A DNA stretch of 37,351 nt, taken from NCBI RefSeq assembly GCF_001194135.2, contig NC_068998.1, positions 54,050,819 to 54,088,169 on the forward strand, read 5' to 3'. The notes beneath the pieces were generated by a model, which made no database searches, was not told where the DNA came from, and worked only from the letters and a program-made list of their open reading frames with translations. The stretch comes from Octopus bimaculoides. Its lineage: Eukaryota. The translations under genes and the position numbers were made by a program. Below, one piece after another: positions 11,978 to 22,350 of this stretch. Every line of letters starts with the position of its first letter. The first letter of the stretch is position 1.

Positions 11978-12635
11978 ATGACAGGAAAATCCGTAAGCTG
12001 CTGACTTGAAATACGATGCACCACCCAAAGGCAGACGCAGATCGTCTTTACCTACCCAGAGCTCAAGGAGGTCGAGGCCTGATCCAATTTGAAATCTCCT
12101 ACAAAACCACCACAACTGCACTGGCAAAATATCTTGAAACATCTAACGACTGGATGATAAAACTCGATGAAGACCATGAAAAACATAAGAAGCTTCATTC
12201 TTTTATGAAGGAGCGAAAAAATGTTCAAGTGAGTTTATGCCTAATAAATACCCAGATTGAACAGGAAAATGGAAGGGCAACAACTGTAGTTGCAAAGAAG
12301 GTGAAATCAATAGCAAAGCAAAATGCATTTGAAAAATTGGCTGACAAATGGGAACAAAAACCTCTGCATGGCAAATATGTGGCCCGTAGCAAACAAGCTG
12401 ATGTAGACCAGAAGTACATCCATCAGCGACGACGGAGCTCAGGGCTAAAGGCAGAGAGTGAAGGCTTTATCTTGCTGTCCAAGGTCAGAGATTATTGACC
12501 CGGAACTCTCAAGCCAATGTGATGAAAAATGGTGTAGACCCAAAGTGTCGATACTGCAACGATGGGATAGAAACAGTGGACCACCTAATCTCTGGATGTA
12601 AGATTTTAGCACCTGTAGAGTACAAATCAAGACAT
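11978..12635 (+). mobile_element. Non-LTR retrotransposon remnant (R4/Dong-like): post-RT linker plus CCHC knuckle, truncated
   Basis: DRKIRKLLT*NTMHHPKADADRLYLPRAQGGRGL..KWEQKPLHGKY..GLKAESEGFI, a frameshift, then TRNSQAN..KCRYCNDGIETVDHLISGCKILAPVEYKSRH. HPK.D.DRLY.PR..GGRGL and CX2CX8HX4C..Y..RH are hallmarks of R4/Dong-type ORFs. Confidence 0.92.
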
Positions 12636-12760
12636 GTTTCAGTCATTTGCCTGCGGCCATGCTGGAGCACCGCCTTTAGTCGAGCAGATCGACCCCAGGA
12701 CTTATTCTTTGTAAGCCTAGTATTTATTCTATCAGTCTATTTTGCCGAAACGCTAATGTT
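12636..12760 (-). mobile_element. Family A SINE 3' part in antisense, abutting the truncated LINE
   Basis: Reverse complement of 480-590 (GTTTCAGTCATTTG..CCATGCTGGAGCACCGCCTTTAGTCGA..CCAGGACTTATTCTTTGTAAGCCTA). Confidence 0.9.
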
Positions 12761-13260
12761 ATGTGTGTCTTTGACGGAGTCCACTCCGTTACAAGCATTC
12801 CAACCAAGAGGTCTCAGGTTTCACAAACACCCTCCCTTACCGATCACGGAAACTCTGAACATGATCATGGACGTGTCTCCCTAAGGCTTTTGACGATGGA
12901 ATTAAAAGAAATTGAAATTAAAATTCAAATAAAAAATAAGCTTGTTCCGTAAAGGATTATCAAGTCATTGCTAAAGTGAATTCGGTTAATTAGGTAGGTT
13001 ATGACAAAACGTTTAGGAAGATGGTTAGCTAATAATTGTAAAAGAATAAATTTGTTATAACATACACATATCATTCCTGCTTCATGATCCTTAGCAAATC
13101 GATAGTTACGATCTCTCTCTCTCCCTCTCCCTCTCACTCTCTCCACACACACACACACACACACACTATCTCTCTCTTTCCCTCTCTCACTTATAATTAA
13201 ACAAATTTGGAACTCGTTAAACATCCAGCCGTATTATCATGTTTTATTTTAAATCTTCAG

Positions 13261-13390
13261 AAACCTAGAGCTCATTAATCCGGAAGTTCACGCGACTTCA
13301 AACAAAATGGCTAATTACTCGAAAATTAGTGCACCCCAGTCTCCACGTTCAAGTCTTTTAATTTTGGATAACTCTGGGTGGATCCATTGA
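13261..13390 (+). CDS. Candidate exon, unknown product
   Basis: Acceptor GTTTTATTTTAAATCTTCAG; only the phase-2 frame stays open: NLELINPEVHATSNKMANYSKISAPQSPRSSLLILDNSGWIH*. No homology recognised and no strong donor. Confidence 0.15.
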
Positions 13391-15274
13391 TAAACGTTTT
13401 CCTCGATCTACTCAGATATGGATGGCCAATATTGGAATATGTTTGAGATCTGGATTATGTTGGGGTCAAATATCAATAACGACAGCGTCTCAGAGTTGTA
13501 TGATGCATCGATGCCAATTCCCATTGAATTCGTTCAAACAACTATTTGTTATTAATATTTCCTTGCTGAAATTTAAGACATTCCGAGCAATAACATTCTC
13601 CCTTCAAACGTTCTTTAATTTCTGTTGAACTTTGCAAGGTACAAAAATGGCTTTTCGATGAAAGTATAAATACTATATTACAAGCAATTGTTGTCAAATG
13701 TCCCTCTTAAACAATTCTTTTATGATCCTATTGCACTCATTAAACGTTACACTTTAAAAGAAAAAGCTATAAAGCTCATAAAACCAATATGTTTACACTC
13801 AGATACTGCTTATTCCTCTGTGAACTCAACCTGTTCTTATGTTTAATGTATTTTGACTGGAATCAATATAGAAAAATTGCTTGGAAAAAAAAACGGTTGG
13901 CATAAACTTATATTGTTTCTAGTTTCACCAATTAGTAAAACCTTTTGTTTTGTTCATCAATTAAAAATATTTTGTGACTGTAGTTGCGTCAAAGGAATTG
14001 TTCTACGCAAAAATATGGTAAAACTTACGACGATGTCAATAAAGTTGTTTATGTAAATATTTCATCATAAAGATTCCATAGTTTTATGTTTTTATCGAAA
14101 TATTAAAACCAATTTAATGGTTTATATAGCATACGATGCTTCTTTTTTCATGTTCTTTAAAATAACGTTTTTGTAACTTGTTCCGAAAAATAAGAACCAT
14201 TTCATAATATTTATTGATTGCAAATTCGTCAAGACTCAGTAGTAAAATACAGCTTGATAAAAAGAATATGTCTTCACTCTGAGAAGAATGGGCGGTAAAT
14301 AAGACCTCATTTCGGATATTCCTTAATGTTTCCAATTTGGTTTAATAAATTACTTCAGAATAAAAATAATACCAACTATTGATCTTGTCCATAATTTTTC
14401 ATGATTATGTTTATAAGAGAAAATAAATCAATATTTTCACTGATTCTTTTAATAAAAGACCTTTCATTCATTGTTTCTCTTTCCTCTTTTTGTCTTGCTA
14501 CTTTTTTTTACCTTTTATTTTGGATTCTTTTTTCTTTCTTTTTCGAAAATATAATTCGTTAGCCAGATTCTAACAACGATGAACCTTTGAGTCTCGTTAA
14601 AATTTATTTAAACAAAAATAAAGAAATCTTTTCAAAATAAATGAAAAACAAAATTTTTTTTTATGTCTGCAATCAAAATAAAACTTGTATTATGAAAATA
14701 TATTTGATTAAAATCTGAAATTTTATAAAGAAATATCACCAAATATTCTTTACTATCAAAGTTATTTAACAACTGACCAAGTTATTGCTGCTTTTCATCT
14801 TTCACCTGATCTCTCAGACGGCACCAGGCTTTACTTCTTCAACGTGTAATTCCAAAACAAATAAAATTTTATTACTAATAATTAAATTAATAATAATTTG
14901 TACATTTTGACAATGGCGTAAAAAAATCCAATTCGATTTCATTTTTATAAAGCAAGTCCCACTGGTATTGATTGAAGACGGGTCAGTAGCCATATTGTGT
15001 GGGGGGGAGGGTGTTCTATTTATAGCTTGTATGATAGTCTTCATTATTTCAAAATATTCGATATTAATGGAAATAATGAAGGAGAAAGATAACTTCAACA
15101 AAACTTTCAACAATTTCACAGTCTCACACTGTAGTAGCTTAATGTTGAATGTCATGTGATTCAACTGAGCGTTTCTATTGGCTGTCTTTTAAGGGTGGTT
15201 AGTTTTGATAGAGATAATAACAAAAGTTATTTTGCCCTATTTCTACTGTACGTTCTACATCCAAATTGAATATA

Positions 15275-15278
<4 letters not shown>

Positions 15279-15365
<87 letters not shown>
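15279..15365. repeat. (TG)n microsatellite
   Basis: Direct reading. Confidence 0.98.
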
Positions 15366-15366
<1 letters not shown>

Positions 15367-15672
15367 ATTTTCGTTTCTGTGTCTGTGGTTATCCTCTGTC
15401 GGCTTGTCTGCGTCTCAAAGTGTTTGAGTATCTGTGTGTGTGTGTGTGTGTGTGTGTGATTGTGTATGTATGTATGTATACGTGTATGTGGTGTGTGAGT
15501 GCGTTTAAGTGATTCAGTTGATGTTCGCAAATGATTTCTGCAAATTTTAATACTTTACAGTCAAGATATAAATGATATGAATTCGTTTCCCAAGAACTTT
15601 TAAAGGAAGATTTGTAGACAAATAAATACTTTTGTAGTTGGAGCCCACAAAAAGCTTCAAGTGTATACTGCC

Positions 15673-16095
15673 TTTTATCGTGTACTTGTTTCAGTCATTG
15701 TACTTCAATACTTCTTGAAAAGGGTTTCGTCGAAAAGTCGACACCAGTGCTTATAGCACCAGTCTGATACTTGCTCCTTTTTCTCTGAGCTCAACATGAA
15801 GGTTACGTGAACGTAAAGAAAACGCCGGTTGACAAGCGGTGGGGAACAGGACACAAACTTTGACACACATACATACATGCACCCAGAACACACACACACA
15901 TGCATGTGTATGTATATGTGCGCGTGTGTGTGTGAGTGTGTATACAATAGTCTTCCTCGTAGTTTCCTTCCAGCAAATTCCCTCAGCATTGGTTGGCCCC
16001 GGGCACTAATAAAAGTTGCGTACCCAAGGTGCCACGCAGTGGGACGGAACCGGAAACCACGTCTTTGTAAATCGAGTTTCTTAACCACACCTCAG
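15673..16095 (-). mobile_element. Near full-length degenerate family A SINE
   Basis: Minus strand reads GTGGTTAAGAAAC..CCGGTTCCGTCCCACTGCGTGGCACCTTGGG..GGAAACT, then a CA/TG linker and a tail ending ..CAATGACTGAAACAAGTA. It explains track ORFs 15705-16088 and 15829-16191. Confidence 0.85.
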
Positions 16096-16412
16096 ACACA
16101 ACAAATTGCCTGGGACAATTTAGATTTCCCAACCTCGAATCAGGTAACAAGAATCTCTTATCTATCGAAAACAGCACTCACCAATCAGTAATAGACTTCA
16201 GTTCGATTAAACTGTTTATATCCCCTTCCTCTTACTATCGATCTCTAGCCTTTATCGAATGCGAGAAATCTAAATGTGTGGTTGTGTATAATTAGTCTTA
16301 TGTGGATATGTCTAACTTGGTTTACATGTACATGTGAGTGTTCGTGTGGCTGTTCTTACGCAAGTGCATACCAACGTGTGTCAGTGTGCGCATGCTTATG
16401 TTTGTATATACA

Positions 16413-16451
<39 letters not shown>

Positions 16452-16593
16452 CTGTGTGTGTGGGCGCGTGTGGATTTACATTTGTAGAGAAACTGTGTTG
16501 TTTTCAGTAGCTGCTTACCACTTTTGACCTTCTGTCAATATATCAGGCAGTAATATATCACATACGCAATACACGCTTATTTAACACAAACAG

Positions 16594-16727
16594 TAGAAGC
16601 TGGAGGAGATGACCGAGAAAAGCTAATCAAATATCAACGAGGGTTTTGTGACTTGCTCGCTTCCATGACGGCGGCGCCGGCGGCAGCGGCGGCGTTCTCT
16701 TGGCTATCTTTTATTATCTGCTGTTAA
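16594..16727 (+). CDS. Candidate terminal exon ending in a GPI-signal-like or hydrophobic tail
   Basis: After ..TTTAACACAAACAG the frame reads xEAGGDDREKLIKYQRGFCDLLASMTAAPAAAAAFSWLSFIICC* (stop 16725-16727), with AATAAA at 16738-16743. It contains the most GC/CpG-dense stretch of the window. The polypyrimidine tract is weak and no homolog was recognised. Confidence 0.25.
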
Positions 16728-16749
16728 CTTTTAATATAATAAACACAAT

Positions 16750-16752
<3 letters not shown>

Positions 16753-16784
<32 letters not shown>

Positions 16785-16873
16785 TATATATACACACAAA
16801 TATAGATAAATATATACGTATATAGATATATACACACACACGTAGACATACACACACATACACACTCACGCAC

Positions 16874-16927
<54 letters not shown>

Positions 16928-16941
16928 GTGTATGCGTGTAT

Positions 16942-17029
<88 letters not shown>
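16753..17029. repeat. Compound (CA)-rich / (GATA)n / (TG)n array
   Basis: Direct reading. Confidence 0.95.
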
Positions 17030-17031
<2 letters not shown>

Positions 17032-17489
17032 ATGATAAAATTTCGAATTATATCGAATCATATGAAATTCATATTTAAATTTCATGAGAAAATCTTTTAT
17101 TTTATTTTTGTGTTTTTGTGTTTTTGGTTTTTTTTCTTTACATTTTCTTCTAATCAAAGTCTGAAATCATATTCCTGTAAAAAAAATATTTAAACGAATG
17201 AATATTAAATAATAAACAATTCGAAATAAATCAATATTTGGTAAACAATAACATTTACGGTTTAAAAGAATTCTCTGAAGAATCCGATTAGTTGGGGAGA
17301 TTGAAGTTGTATTTCGAAATATAGAATGGTTATTCTTGAAAATTTGGTTGAGAATAAGAAAGTTAATAAATTTGTAGTTTCTAAAGGGAATTCTGATAAA
17401 TGTGTTTAATATTTTAATGATTAGAAATTCCTTGCGGTAGAAAACACCTAAGGACCCGACTGAATGCCCTGTGAGAGTTTAGCTACGTA

Positions 17490-19170
17490 CCTTTATGTTT
17501 TAAGTTCAAATCCCACTGGAGGCGACTTTGACATTCTTACATCACGGGGTCGATAATATAAGTAGTTAGCAGGTACTGCGGCGGTTTAATCGACAGCAAT
17601 ATCCACGACTCCTTTAAACTAAATGGTAGGTATTTGTGTCAACGTTACAAGTCAAGAGTTTCTTTCTGCTATTTCCTCTTTGTTTTCGGCTCAAATCTGC
17701 AGATTGGCAGGATTACTCGAGCATCAGATATGCCGTATTGCGTTACGCTTTTATCGTATCTGAATTCAAAGCTATGTTGACAGAATCGTTAGTGCGCCGA
17801 ATAAAATGACATAACTTATTGAGTAACTGTTCGTAACACCCTAACTTCAATTCCCGTCGCGGTCAACTTTACTTTTCTTCCTCAAGTGGTCAACAAAATA
17901 AGCATCACTCATACACTGAAGTCGGTTTAATATTCGGATAAAGTATCCGCGGCGTTTATAGAATTATAACACGAGAAAGTGATGATTTCAAATTTTTCAC
18001 AGAATTCTGATGGGACAGTAATTTTTCATGTCCATTACGTCGACGCCAGTAGCAGACTAGATGAGAGACAAAGTTTGCCTTGGCGGATTTGAAATCACAA
18101 CGTAAAGAGCTAGAAGAATTGTTGCTAAACATTTTGCTAACGATTCAGCCAGCGTGCTGCCTTGGTAACAATAAATTCCGCCGAGGTCACCTTCGCCTCC
18201 GAAGTTGATGAAATAATGTACCAATCCCGAATGCAATCAATAAATATTTTTGTCCTCATGGATAAGAATCGATGACCTCAGCCACAATCCATTCGTTGCA
18301 TCATGGATAAGAATCGATGACCTCAGCCATAATCCATTCGTTGCATCATTATTGCTCTCTTTCAAATAGATAATGTGCACATGTCCAACTTCTCTCCCGA
18401 CACTATTTACTGTTGAGTTTGAATTTCTCAACCTTCACCTCAACGTAGTCCCTCGAAGGCAGTGAAAGATCATGATCGGAATTACACTTCTAATCCAAGT
18501 TACTTATTCGATGTTATACAGTATTACCTTCCCTTGTAAACATGTTTTAACAATGGCCAAAATGTAATTCACTGTCTGTGGTTTTACGAAAAAGTGGTAC
18601 TAACCCGGAAATTTTAAGTTCCCACGCTATCGCACGATAGTCGTTAAACCTAGCTTGGATTTATACGTCTTTTAAGTAGGTATAGTTTGTGTCTTGCTGG
18701 ATTTCTACCTACCTTCCTCACCAAACAGCCGGATGTGGCAGCCGGTTTAGTCGATGATGATCTGACTATGCCATAGGTAATTATCATGCCGTTGTTTATG
18801 ATAATGGAAAAATTCTTAGTGGTAGTTCTTCCAATTGTGCATGTTGTGAGTTTAAGTTTCGCCGAGGTTAATTTATTTTTCAGCCATTCTAGGTCGATAA
18901 AATTTAAGTGCCAGTTATGTACCGAATAACTCCTTGCCTTTGGCGTGTGTGGTTACAGTTGATTATCATAACTCTATCTAATTTTGTCGCAAAGACAGTA
19001 AACTTTAGTGGGGAGGGGTAGCAAGTCGATTGCATCGACCCAGTGTTCAATTGGTACTTATTATATTGAACTCGAAAGGAAGATTTTCACTCAGAATGTA
19101 AAGACCCTGAAAAGTGCCACTATGCATTTTGTCCAACGTGCTAACAATCCCGCCACCTCGCCGCCAAAAA
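17490..19170. mobile_element. Cluster of family B tRNA-derived SINE fragments: about 17490-17640 (+), 17775-17910 (+), 18040-18165 (-), 18170-18215 (+), 18845-18945 (+), 18990-19170 (-)
   Basis: Recurrent A-box-like GACAGAATCGTTAG, B-box-like AGTTCAAATCCC/TCC, then CCGCCGAGGTC(G)AC(T)TT.GCC and GGGGTCGATAA.ATAAGTA, found on both strands. Confidence 0.75.
18256..18345 (+). repeat. 45-bp tandem duplication, 44/45 identical
   Basis: TCATGGATAAGAATCGATGACCTCAGCCA(C/T)AATCCATTCGTTGCA twice. Confidence 0.97.
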
Positions 19171-20129
19171 TGGATTAGAATAATGGCTGTGAATTGGCAG
19201 CGTCCTCGTAGTGGTTTGAATTGAAACCGTATTCCGTATGAAAGTATATCCTTATGAAGTAAGCACCAGTAACAGACTGTGGTTGTATTCCATTGTTTTT
19301 GATTAACCAGCGAAAAAGTATAAGCAAAAACAAAATGAAAGTCTGGAGAAAATAGTTGTGATAGGCATCGACGAATATTGTAAAGTAAAGTTAGTGAGTT
19401 TCTATAAAGGATTGTGCGGCGAGAAGAGCATATTGACTTTCGGTTAAGAGAGATAAAAATCTTTTTCTTTTTCCAAACGAAGGGTCAGTCCTATAATCTC
19501 AGTATATTCTCCCCACACTCTAAGCGAACTTTACACAGAAATAGCTTCGTACCGTAAAGACCACAAATCGAAATTATGCTTAAAATATATCGTTATTGTA
19601 TTCATTATGCACAATGCTCTCGGGACACAATCTAAACTTTTGAAATAGCGAAATGTTTTATTGACTGTGGACGAATCAATCGATACTTCGATGAAAACGT
19701 TTAGAGTTCGATTATTATCAGATATAAATGATCGTGAAAGGAGTTGAGGAGATAACGAAAAAATCATCTGATATTGTTGTGCATTGATTTTCAGATTTAG
19801 ATCGTTACTGTATATGTTTTAAATATCACAGGACAAATGTTATGAGTGGTCAATGGAGGTGCGAGCAGAAAAAAAGCAGTCAAGTTTCTTTGTAATGTTG
19901 TACAGTTAAGGAGGGCACATTTTGGGCAAGGTGTCTCTTATAACCGCAATTAGGTGGAAAACTGCCGAAGTTGGGGTATACCTAAAAAGTTAGCTGAGAA
20001 AATCTTGACGCCCGCTCGTAGAACCCGTTTTCTTTCTCTTACTCTTTCTCGTTCATATATATATATATATATATGGTTATTTTGAGAAGTCCACTGTGTG
20101 GCGTTATTATTTTCTGTAATAATGCCCCT

Positions 20130-20161
<32 letters not shown>

Positions 20162-20849
20162 AAACAATGCAAGTTATAAGAAATACAAGTTTTGCTTTGT
20201 TTGTTCAAGGTGTTTCACAGTAGCATCGAAACTGGAACACACATGTTCGTGAAAGGAACTTTTTTAATCACGCGATCATTACTTACTTGAACTAATTCGA
20301 CATTTCGTTATATTGTTGAAGGACGAGAACTTCTTGAAACTCAGAACTATCGGAATAAATGTCATGGGTGTCTTTTTATTTTAATATTTATTTCTCCTGC
20401 AATGCTTTTTGTCTGAACCTCAAAAAGGTCAGCTTTGCTTTTTATTCTTTCCTGGGAATCGATAACCAGAAAAAAATAACGAAATCACTAATATTGTGTG
20501 ATCGCTTGTATCAACTCTTTATGCCTTGTGTAAATCGATATCTGAATTGCTTTTACGGTTTAACTCTCCCCAACTACGTCAGTCATGATCGAAGAGACCT
20601 ATTATCAAAGTCATTCTAACCATGACCATCCTGTCGTTTCTTTTTTAGCATTTTCGGATATTGAGTATACATGACTAGATTACATATGAGGGTGTGTAAG
20701 GCTCAATAAGTTTCGGTGCTGTGTGGAGTGAAAAGGCCAGGCTCTTTGGACTTCGGTTTTTTGACGGTCGGGTATGGCGAATGATTAATCAGGGTAAACG
20801 GGCAGAAATGAAGTGAATATGTTTAAATGTGTATGGCCGGAAAGTGGAT

Positions 20850-21014
20850 GATGAAGTAACAACGGGTCGACTTTGCCTTTCATCCTTTCCGGGGTCGACG
20901 AATTAAGTACCAGTGAAACACAGGAGTGGATAAAATCGACTATCTTCCTCCCCAAAATGACATGCCTTTTGCCTATAGTAGAAAGGATTATTATTATTAT
21001 CATTATTATTATCA

Positions 21015-21060
<46 letters not shown>
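20850..21060 (+). mobile_element. Family B SINE 3' portion ending in an (ATT)n tail
   Basis: GGGTCGACTTTGCCTTTCATCCTTTCCGGGGTCGAC..AAGTACCAG..TGCCTATAGTAGAAAGG runs directly into (ATT)n at about 20987-21060, which fixes the family's sense orientation. Confidence 0.85.
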
Positions 21061-21429
21061 ATAAGAGATGGCCAGTAAATTCTGGCCATCATGACTTGTG
21101 TGATATAAGCGATAAGAGTACATTTCCTAAGCAAGCCTTATTGTGTAAATACTGAATAAAATATATCACTTTACCAAGTGTAAAGTTATGGCAGCATAAG
21201 AAGGGTTTTAGTATGAAATAAATGAATTTTATAGAGTTAGAGTTCTATGAAATATTAACTTCGTGTGAGAAATATATTAAGGTTTCCTTGATTGGTGATC
21301 AGTTATGACGTCACTAATGTTATTTAGGTTCTTATTGGAGGTTGAGGTGAGAGTCTTCGCTAAATGTGTGGTTGTAAGTCGAGAGGTGACCAAATATGAA
21401 CGTAGGCGTACTAAGCATGCGTGTGCCTG

Positions 21430-21471
<42 letters not shown>

Positions 21472-21556
21472 GCATACGATCACATAATATATATTTATAT
21501 ATGTGTGTTGGCAGTATTGATATATATTAAAGTTTCTGCGTTTTATTTTTGAAGCA

Positions 21557-21593
<37 letters not shown>

Positions 21594-22256
21594 ACTGTTC
21601 ACGCACACATATATACACACAACATATATGCGTGGCTGTGCGTGTGTGTATTGATATATATGTATATATATGTGTGTGTGTATGTATGTATGTATGTATG
21701 TACGTGACCCGTCGTCATCCTTTTTTTCTTTTCCTCCTTTCTTTTTCACCCCGACCGCTAAAGCAACTGGTCATATTTTCTCTAGTCTCCTACTTCAACC
21801 TATTTCGCTGTCTGTTGTCCTTATGTTTCTAATCTTTTAAGATTTTCTTCTTAGCGTTATCCATACTTTCGTCCCTGCTTGACCGTAAGGCAGTATTCTG
21901 TTTATTTATTTCGTCTTTGTCCCTCGTACGTCCACTAACGGTCTCCTCTTGAATTACATTTATTCGTGTTCATATGTCCACTTCTGCACTGCATGTATAT
22001 CCATTTCTTGTTTTCCGTTCTCGTTCTGTTATGCTTTGGTCCCATTTCCCACCAGCTTCTTGTTGTTGGCGCTACCGGAAGGGAAACAATATTATCATAA
22101 GGCGCGAAATTGCGTTTGACACTCTGGCCGTTAACTGATGAGGATTTGGTGACATTCTGTGTCTGTTTACCATTTGTTTGTGCATTTATTATATGTTTCT
22201 TAACCTATTAATTAATAGAGCGCTACATACTATTGATTTTATTTATAGTACTTTTT

Positions 22257-22350
22257 ATAGGTAGGTAGGTAGGTAGGTAGGTAGGTAGGTAGGTAGGCAT
22301 ACAGATACATAGATATACAGATAGATAGATAGATAAACAGACAGACAGAT
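22257..22350. repeat. (AGGT)n then (GATA/GACA)n tetranucleotide array
   Basis: Direct reading. Confidence 0.93.

Noticed and set aside
14814-15164. 116-aa minus ORF and a short acceptor-flanked segment near 14816
   Set aside because: No recognisable motif, background composition and no good donor.
21850-22080. Faint resemblance to an RTE C-terminus on the minus strand (GHMNT..WTYEGQRR)
   Set aside because: Too few conserved residues to distinguish from chance.
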